The notes under the pieces: model-generated
What the model was told of the DNA's origin: nothing
The model's database searches: none
Seen by the model: the letters and a program-made list of their open reading frames with translations, nothing else
Source: an uncultured Christiangramia sp.
Lineage (GTDB): Bacteria > Bacteroidota > Bacteroidia > Flavobacteriales > Flavobacteriaceae
NCBI GenBank assembly: GCA_964456105.1
Contig: CAYWAB010000003.1
Coordinates: 2,965-66,964 of the forward strand
Reading direction: 5' to 3'
DNA: 64,000 bases
Shown here: piece after piece, positions 36,439-46,394 of the stretch
Position numbering within the stretch: position 1 is the first letter of the stretch
How the letters are laid out: each line of letters begins with the position of its first letter
Program-made: the position numbers and the translations under genes

Positions 36439-39400
36439 TTGGGGCATTTTAAATTTGTAATTCTGTTCTCCTTTTTAATCGCATTAGGAGCTACCGGAAA
36501 GATTTCGGGACAGAATTATCAGTCTATTCAAAGTGTAAAGGCCATAGATGACTTTCTAAGAGCCGAGGATGTTCACCTTCAAATGGATGGGGAAGAAAAT
36601 CTCTGGATAACTACTCCTGTAAAGGTTTTAAAGTATAACTCAGCTGAGGTTGTTGAATTCAACAAATTCAAAGGTATCCCAAAAGAGATTGGCAACCAGT
36701 TCATTGCAACTTATGCAGACTTTGAAAATAAGGTATGGCTGGCGGGTGAACAAGGCATTGCCCTTTACGATCCGGAAACTGAAAGTTTCAAATTTGTAAG
36801 TTCCTCCACCGGGAAGGTTTATGCTATGCATGAGGATGAAAGGAATCAACTTTGGATAGCCGCAGAAAATGGAATTTTTAAACTTAAAACGAACTCCTCT
36901 GATAACGACTATTCCCTTTCAAGGTTCCTTTCTGAAAACACTGTTGCGGCGAGCGTTTTAACCATTGGCAATAATATAGTTTTTGCAGGGCCTAACGGAA
37001 TCCTTACCATTAACCTTATTTCTGGGAAGTTCGACCGTATTGATCTGGGCTTTCATAAGGATATCAATATTACAAGTGTTCTGCCCGTTGATGATTTCGT
37101 TCTGCTCGGGACTAAGGAACATGGTCTTTATAAAACAGATTATCAGCTGAAGAATATTCAAAAGGTCTACACTCTTCCTTATACAATTGCTCAACAGGAA
37201 ATTACCGGGCTTGAAACAATTGGTGAGGAGATCGTGATGTCCACAAAAGGTTCTGGTTTAGTCAGACTGACTAAAAACCTTAAAGTCATTGAAGAGGATT
37301 CCGGGGATTATCCAAAACAGATCTCTGTGATACTCCTTGATAACAAAGATCTTCTTTGGATAGTTTCAAGCGATGGACTTTATCTCAAAAACTTTTCTTC
37401 AAATGCGGTGAAAAAGTTATATCATGATCCGGCCCGTTATTCCAGTCTTGCCGACAATACCATCACTGCTGCAGCGAGAGATTCCAGGGGTAATATCTGG
37501 TTTGGACATTCAAAGGGGCTTAGTATTTGGGACACCAATACCGATAGATGGAGACATATTGAAAACCTGAACTTCAAAAGAAATTTGAAGTCCCCGGATG
37601 ATATTACAGATCTTGTTGCAAATGGTGAACACATGTGGGTTGCCACTACAAATGATGGAGTTTACAAGATAAATATCAGTACCCTTTTGCGTGCCCATTA
37701 TTCGATCGATGCTTTATATAGAACCGGAATTCAGTCTGCCACCAGCCTCTTTATAGACTCAGACGATGGGATCTGGATAGGCGGAAAGGATGGAGATCTT
37801 ACGCAGGTTAAAGCGAATAATCAGATCAGGGAATTTCCTCTTAAAAATGTAAATGCTATAGCAGAGCTCGGCCCTAAACAGATCATTGTATCCGCGGGCA
37901 CAAAGATGTATTCACTAAATCCAGTTACAGGTAGAATAAAAGATTTAGAATTATTGTCTGCAGGAGAGGAATTCCCCTATTATGAGATCAACGATATCAA
38001 GATTACACAGGATGCAAAAGGCTTATTTGCCACAGAGGGGGCTGGGCTGATAATCTATGATTTTGAAAAGGACTCATTACAACTATTGAATGAGAACAAC
38101 GGAATACCTTCAAGAAATATCGAAGCTGTGGAAATAGTTTCAGATAATGAATTCTGGCTCGCTACAGACAGGGGAGCAGTTTATTACAATCTTGAATCGG
38201 GGACGACCAGGGTTTTCTCTGAGATCAACGGTTTATCTTCTTCGAGTTTGACCACCGATTTTTTGAAAATACAGGATGACTCGTATGTTTTGGGAAGTAA
38301 GCGGGGAATAAACATTTTTAAACCAAGGGAAATGCTTGCTCAGCAGGATTTCACGCCTAGGCTTGAGCTTGAAAGTATAAATATACTTTCTAAGAATAAG
38401 GAACCTGAGAAGATATTTCTTGCCGAAGTCCCTGAGGTAAAAATCTTTGATAATTCTTCTTTTAAAATAAATTTCCAGGCATTATCTCACTTGAACCCTG
38501 GAGATATCCAGTATTCCTGGAAACTTGAAGGTTTTGATGATGAATGGACCGAGGCCTCTACTTTAAATACTGCTAATTACGCTAGCCTGCCCCCCGGCAA
38601 TTATAATTTTATGGTTAGAACAAGACTCGGTGAACAGGATTGGAGCAGTCCGCAGGAGTTTTCTTTAAATGTTGTCCAGCATGCAGGTTCGGTAAGTGCT
38701 GTATACCTGTTTGTTGGTCTCAGTATACTTGCCATGATAATAATCTTTGTAGTGGTATTCCTTAAGCGTTCAAAGGCAGCTAGTTTACAGGCAAAAGCTG
38801 AATTAAGGGAAAAACTTCAGGAACAGTTCAAGGCACCTGTAGAAAAAGCCGTGTCATCATTAAGTAAGATTTCGGAAAATGCAAATAGCGGAGAAGATCT
38901 GCAAAGGTATGCAGCTCGATTTGACGAGCTTTTCAATCAGATATTGAATTTTAATTATGAGGAATCGGGTTACGAGATCAGCAAGATAGATGTTCATAGC
39001 CATATTTCCAGGCTCATCGAGAATTTAAAACCAATGACGTCTACCAAAGAACTGGAGGTTATCCTGAATGATCAGTGGGGAGGAGTTGACTTTTATTACA
39101 ATGGCGAGAACCTGGATAAGATCATTCTTAGCCTGGTTTCGGCCAGTGCCAATTACTCGCTCAAAGGGGGTAAGATCATTATTAATATTATTGAAACCAG
39201 CGTTGGGGACCTTAAGCTCCAGATAACAGATAACGGCAGGGGAATTCCTGATAGCCAGATAAGGCTTCTGGAAAGGAAGACAGATTTAAAGTACGCTACG
39301 GTTAAGGAAAGGAAGGGGATTTACCATATTGTGCAAGCCCGTGATTTTATTCAAAACCATGGCGGCAGTTTTAGTCTTGAAAGTGAAGAGAATGAAGGCT

Positions 39401-40287
39401 CTACTTTTATTGTAGTCCTGAAAAACCGTAAAACAGAATATCGTAAGGTCCCTAAAAGAGCAGCACAAATTTTTAAAGCTGAAAAATCCAAAACTAGTCC
39501 TACTACCGAATTTCCCTCTGAGATAACCGGTTTCAGTGATAGCAAGGTCCTTATTGTTGAAAATGATACTGTTATAAGAGATCTGCTGGTAATGAATATT
39601 GGGAAGTATTGTCAGGTATACCAGGCTCAGACTGCTGAAGAAGTTATCGAAAAGGCAGGTATGATCTTCCCGGATATTATAATTTCAGGAATGGTGCTTT
39701 CGGATATAAATGCTTTTCAACTCTCCAAAATGATCAAGAGAAATATTGAGCTTAACCATATAAGTTTAATGCTGGTCGCAGAGGAAGACCAGGTACTGGC
39801 AGGTGACCATCTGTTGGGAATAAGCGAAATTATTAGAAAACCGGTGGATATCAATCTTCTTTTAACCAAACTTGTAAGGATACTTTCCTGGCAGAAGGAA
39901 TTAAGGACTTCTTACAAAAGATCTTACATCGAAAATATTGAAAGAAAATATAGAAGTGAGGCCGATGAGCGATTTATTTCTTATCTCATCGACCAGATCA
40001 TTCAGAATATCAGGAATGAAAACTTTACCGTACACGACCTAAGTGCAAAGGTGGGTGTTAGCAGTAATACCTTATTCATGAAACTCAAAAATCTGGTAGA
40101 TATGTCACCACAGGATTTCATGGAATTCACAAGGCTAAATTACGCTAGGCAGCTTTTGCAGAAAGGAGAATTGAATGTCATGGAAGTAGCCTACAAATCC
40201 GGATTTTCCAGTCCTACCTTATTCTACAGCTCCTTCAAGAAATTCTTTGGTTATAGCCTCACAGATTCAGTAGAAAAGGAACCTTGA
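36439..40287 (+). CDS. Hybrid two-component-like regulator (propeller, Y_Y_Y, TM, HK-like, REC-like, AraC) with degenerate catalytic motifs
   Basis: Reg_prop repeats (DSRGNIWFG), YSWKLEGFD..W, DNGRGIP, AraC EVAYKSGFSSPTLFYSSFKK. Confidence 0.88.
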   Translation: MGHFKFVILFSFLIALGATGKISGQNYQSIQSVKAIDDFLRAEDVHLQMDGEENLWITTPVKVLKYNSAEVVEFNKFKGIPKEIGNQFIATYADFENKVWLAGEQGIALYDPETESFKFVSSSTGKVYAMHEDERNQLWIAAENGIFKLKTNSSDNDYSLSRFLSENTVAASVLTIGNNIVFAGPNGILTINLISGKFDRIDLGFHKDINITSVLPVDDFVLLGTKEHGLYKTDYQLKNIQKVYTLPYTIAQQEITGLETIGEEIVMSTKGSGLVRLTKNLKVIEEDSGDYPKQISVILLDNKDLLWIVSSDGLYLKNFSSNAVKKLYHDPARYSSLADNTITAAARDSRGNIWFGHSKGLSIWDTNTDRWRHIENLNFKRNLKSPDDITDLVANGEHMWVATTNDGVYKINISTLLRAHYSIDALYRTGIQSATSLFIDSDDGIWIGGKDGDLTQVKANNQIREFPLKNVNAIAELGPKQIIVSAGTKMYSLNPVTGRIKDLELLSAGEEFPYYEINDIKITQDAKGLFATEGAGLIIYDFEKDSLQLLNENNGIPSRNIEAVEIVSDNEFWLATDRGAVYYNLESGTTRVFSEINGLSSSSLTTDFLKIQDDSYVLGSKRGINIFKPREMLAQQDFTPRLELESINILSKNKEPEKIFLAEVPEVKIFDNSSFKINFQALSHLNPGDIQYSWKLEGFDDEWTEASTLNTANYASLPPGNYNFMVRTRLGEQDWSSPQEFSLNVVQHAGSVSAVYLFVGLSILAMIIIFVVVFLKRSKAASLQAKAELREKLQEQFKAPVEKAVSSLSKISENANSGEDLQRYAARFDELFNQILNFNYEESGYEISKIDVHSHISRLIENLKPMTSTKELEVILNDQWGGVDFYYNGENLDKIILSLVSASANYSLKGGKIIINIIETSVGDLKLQITDNGRGIPDSQIRLLERKTDLKYATVKERKGIYHIVQARDFIQNHGGSFSLESEENEGSTFIVVLKNRKTEYRKVPKRAAQIFKAEKSKTSPTTEFPSEITGFSDSKVLIVENDTVIRDLLVMNIGKYCQVYQAQTAEEVIEKAGMIFPDIIISGMVLSDINAFQLSKMIKRNIELNHISLMLVAEEDQVLAGDHLLGISEIIRKPVDINLLLTKLVRILSWQKELRTSYKRSYIENIERKYRSEADERFISYLIDQIIQNIRNENFTVHDLSAKVGVSSNTLFMKLKNLVDMSPQDFMEFTRLNYARQLLQKGELNVMEVAYKSGFSSPTLFYSSFKKFFGYSLTDSVEKEP

Positions 40288-40304
40288 TTTTTGCCCTGAT
40301 TATT

Positions 40305-40340
40305 AAAGGCCTGCAAGATAACATCTTGCAGGCCTTTTTA
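40305..40340. terminator. Terminator between convergent genes
   Basis: AAAGGCCTGCAAGAT-aac-ATCTTGCAGGCCTTTTT. Confidence 0.88.
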
Positions 40341-40364
40341 TTTTGATCAAATGTTTCGAATATT

Positions 40365-42764
40365 TTATCCAACTACATGTATCTCTCCGAAGTCTTTAGG
40401 AACAACTATAGATTTCTCCTTACTGTTAAACTGAAGACTGTCCAGTTTTACTTCTTCCTTATCTACGAATACTTTTTTTATAGTGAAAGGAAGCCCGTGA
40501 AAATTCAGTTTAAAGGAATCATAGGTTGCGGAATACTTCCCGTGTTTATGTTGCTGAATGATGATCTCATTCTCCTTACCTAAGAGCTTAAAGGTTCGGA
40601 GGCTGAAAATGCCCTGTCTGTATTCATATCCATCATGCGCATCCTCATAGAACTCAGAATTCTCCTTACCAAACTTGTAGTAAACCTCAAGTTTAAGCTC
40701 TTCTATTCGCTTCTCACCGGTATATTGCTGCACCGGATATTTTGGAATGATAGCGCCTTCCTTGATGAACATAGGTATGATATCCATAGGAGCATCTACC
40801 CACATTTCTCTTCCTCCTGTCACCAGACTGTCATTCCAGTAATTGAACCACTTGCCTCGTGGGACGTACATTCTTCTTCCCTGTACATTAGGTTCCTGGA
40901 TTGGACAAACGAGTATTTGGTTCCCGAATATGAATTCGTCGGACCTGTAATGTGTTTGTACGTCTTCCTGATCAAGATATACCAATGGTTTAAGGATAGG
41001 CACTCCTTCCTGAACATATTTGTAAAAAGCAGTATATAAATAGGGTAATAACTGGTATCTCAGTTCTACGAATTTCCTGCTTATATCCAGTACCTCGTCG
41101 CCAAAGAACCAGGGTTCTTGCTCTCCATGGTCTCCTGAAGAGTGTACCCGGCAGAAGGGATGAAATACTCCCAACTGAATCCATCTAGTGTATAGCTCCC
41201 CTGAAGGCTGCTCTGCAAAACCACCAATATCGGAACCTGCAAAGCTCATTCCACTCATACAAAGCCTTTGGATCTGGACATTCGCCAACCATAAGTGTTC
41301 CCAGGTAGCTATATTATCTCCGGTCCAGGTTGAAGTATATCGCTGTCCTCCTGAATAGTTTGCTCTTGTGATAATGAAAGGACGTTTTGGGAAATTATAT
41401 TTCTTTACTCCCTCATAAGTGGCCCTGGCCATTTGCATTCCGTAAATGTTATGAGCTTTACGGTGACTGCACGGCTGCCCATCATAATCGTGGCGCACAT
41501 CAAATGGGAAGGTTTTTCCGGGAACCTCCATTACTGCAGGTTCATTCATATCATTCCATACTCCTTTAACTCCTATTTCCCCTATAAGTTCCCTGTAGAG
41601 GCCACTCCACCATTCTCGTACTTCGGGGTTGGTAAAATCTGGGAAATAGCATTCGCCTGGCCATACTTTTCCTCGCATATAAGGCCCATCGGCTCTTCTA
41701 CAGAAATAATCATTTTCTAGACCTTCTTTAAATATATTGTAACCAAGGTCTATTTTTATTCCTGGATCTATGATGGCCACGGTTTTAAATCCGTCTTCTT
41801 CCAGTTCCCTTACCATCCTTTTTGGATCAGGAAAATATTCCTTGTTCCAGGTAAAGCATCTGAAGCCATCCATATAATCGATGTCTAGGTAGATCGCATC
41901 ACAGGGAAAGTTCAAATCACGGAATTTTGAGGTGATCTCTTTTACCTTACTTTCCGGATAATAGCTCCATTTACATTGATGGAAGCCCAGAGCCCATAAT
42001 GGGGGTAACTCAGGTTTACCGGTAAGGTCGGTATAAGTCGTTAAAACATCCGAAAGTTGAGGTCCATATATAAAATAATAGTTCATTTCACCCCCATCAG
42101 CCCAGAAACTGGTGACATTTCTTCTTTCCTGACAGAAATCGAAGTGGGTTTTAAACGTATTGTCAAAGAAGATACCATAACCAATATTACTGTGCAGTCC
42201 CATATAAAAAGGCACTGCTTTATAAAGTTCTACGGTATCTTTACCATAGGCGTACTGATCGGTATTCCAAAGGCTTAATCTTTTTCCTTTAAGGTTGAAA
42301 TTGGTAGGCTTATCTCCAAGACCAAAAAAGTTTTCCTGGTCTTTGGAGCTTTTACTCATTTTTACAAAGTTTCCTCCAAATTCAAAGCTTTCTTCCCAGT
42401 GAAAACCAAGTTCATCTTCAAGTATAGGTTTTCCGTTCAATTCATAAGTACCAACTCGTAAGTCATCTTTTGCAACTTTGCAGATAAACTTCTCTGTGGT
42501 GATCTCCACATGCGTATCTGTTTCGTTTACTTTTAGCTGATTAAAGCCATGAGGATGATTTTCGTCAACTGCATAAGAAAAGTCATTTTCAAAAATACCG
42601 TTGGTAGCGTAACGAAATCTTAGCATATTATCACGAAGCACCGTGATCTGTAATCGTACTCCGTTCTTAGAAATAAAATTTATGGTATCCTGGTCGTGTT
42701 CAAATGATATTAATCCAGAGGGGTATAAATTCCCCTTATGTTCAAGTTCAGTATTGGTAATCAT
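40365..42764 (-). CDS. GH31 alpha-glucosidase
   Basis: YLDIDYM, catalytic WNDMNEP and WTGDN, GSDIGGF. Confidence 0.95.
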   Translation of the reverse strand: MITNTELEHKGNLYPSGLISFEHDQDTINFISKNGVRLQITVLRDNMLRFRYATNGIFENDFSYAVDENHPHGFNQLKVNETDTHVEITTEKFICKVAKDDLRVGTYELNGKPILEDELGFHWEESFEFGGNFVKMSKSSKDQENFFGLGDKPTNFNLKGKRLSLWNTDQYAYGKDTVELYKAVPFYMGLHSNIGYGIFFDNTFKTHFDFCQERRNVTSFWADGGEMNYYFIYGPQLSDVLTTYTDLTGKPELPPLWALGFHQCKWSYYPESKVKEITSKFRDLNFPCDAIYLDIDYMDGFRCFTWNKEYFPDPKRMVRELEEDGFKTVAIIDPGIKIDLGYNIFKEGLENDYFCRRADGPYMRGKVWPGECYFPDFTNPEVREWWSGLYRELIGEIGVKGVWNDMNEPAVMEVPGKTFPFDVRHDYDGQPCSHRKAHNIYGMQMARATYEGVKKYNFPKRPFIITRANYSGGQRYTSTWTGDNIATWEHLWLANVQIQRLCMSGMSFAGSDIGGFAEQPSGELYTRWIQLGVFHPFCRVHSSGDHGEQEPWFFGDEVLDISRKFVELRYQLLPYLYTAFYKYVQEGVPILKPLVYLDQEDVQTHYRSDEFIFGNQILVCPIQEPNVQGRRMYVPRGKWFNYWNDSLVTGGREMWVDAPMDIIPMFIKEGAIIPKYPVQQYTGEKRIEELKLEVYYKFGKENSEFYEDAHDGYEYRQGIFSLRTFKLLGKENEIIIQQHKHGKYSATYDSFKLNFHGLPFTIKKVFVDKEEVKLDSLQFNSKEKSIVVPKDFGEIHVVG

Positions 42765-42828
42765 AGTCTTGCGATCTTTTTAAGAAGTACAAAAGAAACT
42801 GATTCAGATGAAAAAATTACAATCTTAA

Positions 42829-44736
42829 TCATAAAATTTGAAAAACAACAGTACCTAAAGGAGGTATGGTGATTTCGGCTGAATAGTCTCTTCCATGCAT
42901 AGGTTCTTCCTGGATTTCTATGGTCTTGTTTTTCACCCCAGATCCACCAAATAGCTTAAGATCCGAGTTAAATACCTCTTTCAGTTTTCCTTTAGAAGGA
43001 AGTCCTATGCCATAGTTCTCCAGTAAACTTGGAGTAAAATTACAGACTACGATTAGAGATTCTTTAGGATCATTTCCTTTACGGATATAACTTATTACTG
43101 AGTTCTGACTGTCATCATAGGCTATCCATTCGAAACCGTCTGCGGTAAATTGCTTTTCATGCAAAGCAGGCTGGGTTTTATAGAGTTTATTAAGCGCTTT
43201 TATAAGTTCTTTAATACCCTTGTGATAGTCATATTGCAATAAATGCCAATCAAGGCTTGTATTATAGTTCCATTCTTCATACTGGCCTATTTCACCTCCC
43301 ATGAACAATAATTTGGCTCCCGGGTGCGTGAACATATACGAATAAAGTGCCCTGAGATTAGCAAAACGCTGCCATTCATCCCCAGGCATTCTTCCTAAAA
43401 TTGAACGCTTACCATACACAACCTCATCATGACTAAGGGGAAGCGTAAAGTTCTCTGTAAATGCATAGGTTAGGGAAAAGGTAATATCGTTTTGATGGTA
43501 CTGCCTGTATATCGAATCTTTTTTGAAGTATTCCAGGGTATCGTGCATCCAGCCCATCATCCATTTCATTCCAAATCCTAAACCACCAAGATCTACAGGG
43601 CGAGAGACCATGGGGAATGAGGTTGATTCCTCTGCTATGGTTTGTACTCCTTCAAAACGACCATATACCTCTTTGTTAAGGTCCCTAACAAAACTTACTG
43701 CTTCAAGATTTTCCCTTCCGCCATGTTCGTTTGGTTCCCATTCCCCGTCTTCTCTGGAATAATCCAGGTATAACATGGAGGCCACGGCATCAACTCTTAA
43801 TCCGTCCACATGGTATTTGTCCAGCCAGAATGCCGCATTGCTTATGAGGAACGATCTAACCTCGTTCCTCCCATAATTAAAGATCAAACTCTTCCAGTCC
43901 GGATGATAACCTCTCCTTGGGTCAGGATGTTCGTAAAGATGTGAACCATCAAATAATCCTAAGCCGTGCTTGTCTTCAGGAAAATGCGAGGGTACCCAGT
44001 CCAGGATAACGCCAATCCCTTCCTTGTGGAAGGCATCTACCAGTTGCATGAATTCCTGTGGTGTGCCGAATCTTGAAGTAGGTGCAAAATATCCTGTAAG
44101 CTGGTAGCCCCAGGATGGATCGTACGGATATTCCATAATTGGCATGAATTCCACATGAGTGAAACCAAGTTCTTTTACATAGCTCACCAACTCATCGGCC
44201 ATTTCCGTATAAGTAAGAGCCCGGTTCTCATCCATGTTCCTTCTCCAGGATCCAAGATGAACCTCATATATGGAATAAGGCTTATCCAGGGAATTTTTAT
44301 CCTTACGGGTAGACATGTGTTTTTTATCCTTCCACTTGTAATCAAGATCCCAAACGATAGATGCAGTATTAGGCGGATGTTCACATTTAAGAGCATAGGG
44401 GTCTGCCTTTTCGAGCCTCATATCATTGTTGTGGGACTGTATCTTGTATTTATATTTATCCCCTTTTTTGACACCTGGAATAAAACCTTCCCAGATACCG
44501 CTCCCATCCCATCTTACGTTAAGTGGATGCTCGCCCTCTATCCAGTAATTGAAATCTCCGATAACCGAAACCATTTTTGCAGAAGGTGCCCATACCGCAA
44601 AATAGACCCCTTTTTCTCCATTTACCTCGGTAATGTGAGCTCCGAATTTTTCATATAGTTGATAATGTTTTCCAGCTTTGAAGAGTGATATATCGAAATC
44701 TGAAAAAAGAGAATGTACTTGTACTTCCTTCTTCAT
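42829..44736 (-). CDS. glgB: 1,4-alpha-glucan branching enzyme
   Basis: FAVWAP, YEVHLGSW, DGLRVDAVASM, IAEEST, LSHDEVV. Confidence 0.97.
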   Translation of the reverse strand: MKKEVQVHSLFSDFDISLFKAGKHYQLYEKFGAHITEVNGEKGVYFAVWAPSAKMVSVIGDFNYWIEGEHPLNVRWDGSGIWEGFIPGVKKGDKYKYKIQSHNNDMRLEKADPYALKCEHPPNTASIVWDLDYKWKDKKHMSTRKDKNSLDKPYSIYEVHLGSWRRNMDENRALTYTEMADELVSYVKELGFTHVEFMPIMEYPYDPSWGYQLTGYFAPTSRFGTPQEFMQLVDAFHKEGIGVILDWVPSHFPEDKHGLGLFDGSHLYEHPDPRRGYHPDWKSLIFNYGRNEVRSFLISNAAFWLDKYHVDGLRVDAVASMLYLDYSREDGEWEPNEHGGRENLEAVSFVRDLNKEVYGRFEGVQTIAEESTSFPMVSRPVDLGGLGFGMKWMMGWMHDTLEYFKKDSIYRQYHQNDITFSLTYAFTENFTLPLSHDEVVYGKRSILGRMPGDEWQRFANLRALYSYMFTHPGAKLLFMGGEIGQYEEWNYNTSLDWHLLQYDYHKGIKELIKALNKLYKTQPALHEKQFTADGFEWIAYDDSQNSVISYIRKGNDPKESLIVVCNFTPSLLENYGIGLPSKGKLKEVFNSDLKLFGGSGVKNKTIEIQEEPMHGRDYSAEITIPPLGTVVFQIL

Positions 44737-44743
44737 AATAGTT

Positions 44744-46390
44744 TTAGTTTTTCTTGTTTTTTAATATACTGGCTATTCCTCTTAAGGGGATTATGGTCCA
44801 GCGAGGCCTTGAATTCAATTCGTATCCCAGTTCATAAACTGCCTTTTCCAGAAGACAATAATCCAATAAAAATTCAATTTCCTGTTTGTAACCTATGTTT
44901 AAATTCTCAGATTGTACTTTATCCACATAGGATTCCATGAAAACACCGATCATATATTTATAAAGGATCTCTCCCGACTTAAAGAGATCTTCCTGACTGG
45001 TAGAAAAGCTTCCATCATTGTTAAAGATCGTGGAATAGATAGCATAATGAAATGACCTGAACATTCCTGCTACATCTTTAAGCGGAGGTTGTTTTACCTT
45101 TCTGTCCTGAATGGTACTCTCAGGTTCTCCTTCAAAATCGAGTAAGTAAAAATCGTCGTCGTGTACCAGAACCTGGCCAAGATGGTAATCTCCATGAATT
45201 CTTATTCTTTCACTTTTCATCCGTGTCCAGTTGAAATTGAGAAAATGTTCCCTGATCTCTTTTTTTCTGTCCAGGAACTGTTTGGCCAATTCCAGGGCTT
45301 CGCCTTCCAGCTTGTGCATATTGTTCTCAATCGTGTTTAAACGATTTTGAAACATATAGATGAGCCTGTTCTTAAGCCATACTGCATAATCTCCATTGTA
45401 TTTTGTGGGGGTAAAGGCGGTATCCTGCATATCACTTCCCAATGCGATATGCATTTCAGCAGTTCTCAGGGCCAATTTCGAAACTTTGAGGAATATGTTC
45501 AGCCCCGCAAAATCAATGATCTCCGGGGGAATAGAATTTATAGGCTGACGTTTGTAAAGATCTATATTTGGTAATTTATTCACCTTGATCTTTTTCTTAT
45601 CCAGGTTAGCAAAAACGGTTTTTAATTCTGTAAGCATATATTTCCATGCATCACCTTCATTTTCCACCAGGTCCTGCATCAGTGCGAGGGTAATAGTATC
45701 TCCTCCGTCCAGGGCCAGGTTGATACTCCCTACATATGACGGGATATGGGAAAATTTGCTTTTTTCTGTAAGAAACCTATTGATTTCGTAATCCGGATTT
45801 TTGCTGGTATAGATCCTTCTGAAGAACTTCATCACACAGCTATCATTGTAAATGATGGAGGTGTTGCTCTGTTCTCCTCCCATAAATTTCGAGGACTTAT
45901 ACTTTTCCGGCTGCACGGTTTCTGAACGGTGAAAGATCACTTTTCCTTCAGGTTGATCTACTTTATAATTCATGATCTTGTTGAAGACCAGTTTCCTGAA
46001 GTCCTCAATATGGATGGCATCGATAAGATATCCTTCTTCTCCGGCGAAAGTTACCGGAGCTATAAGGGTGTTGGTTTCAAGTGATTTTTTATCTTCTGAA
46101 ATAAAGCTAAGTGGTATAAAATAGTCCTGAAAGAAAGCTTCGCTAAAATTTATCTCGATAAGCACTCCAAAGAATATATTGGAATCTGAGGTTAACTTGC
46201 AATGATCCAGTACCTCTATGTATTTAAGGGTGCTTGACTTCCCGGCGTACCATCTTTTCTTCAGGATATAATCTTCTAGTATCTCTGTACTAAGGGTTTT
46301 GACGAATTCAGCATCTTTGAACGCGTCTTCCCATTTACATTTAAACTGAAAGTCGGAGGTATTTACTTTAGAAGAAGCTTTCTCTGGCAT
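44744..46390 (-). CDS. Maltokinase (Mak/Pep2)
   Basis: RWYAGK, EQSNTS, RIHGDYHLGQVL, LDFEGEP, DVAGMFRSFHY. Confidence 0.9.
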   Translation of the reverse strand: MPEKASSKVNTSDFQFKCKWEDAFKDAEFVKTLSTEILEDYILKKRWYAGKSSTLKYIEVLDHCKLTSDSNIFFGVLIEINFSEAFFQDYFIPLSFISEDKKSLETNTLIAPVTFAGEEGYLIDAIHIEDFRKLVFNKIMNYKVDQPEGKVIFHRSETVQPEKYKSSKFMGGEQSNTSIIYNDSCVMKFFRRIYTSKNPDYEINRFLTEKSKFSHIPSYVGSINLALDGGDTITLALMQDLVENEGDAWKYMLTELKTVFANLDKKKIKVNKLPNIDLYKRQPINSIPPEIIDFAGLNIFLKVSKLALRTAEMHIALGSDMQDTAFTPTKYNGDYAVWLKNRLIYMFQNRLNTIENNMHKLEGEALELAKQFLDRKKEIREHFLNFNWTRMKSERIRIHGDYHLGQVLVHDDDFYLLDFEGEPESTIQDRKVKQPPLKDVAGMFRSFHYAIYSTIFNNDGSFSTSQEDLFKSGEILYKYMIGVFMESYVDKVQSENLNIGYKQEIEFLLDYCLLEKAVYELGYELNSRPRWTIIPLRGIASILKNKKN

Positions 46391-46394
46391 ACTT

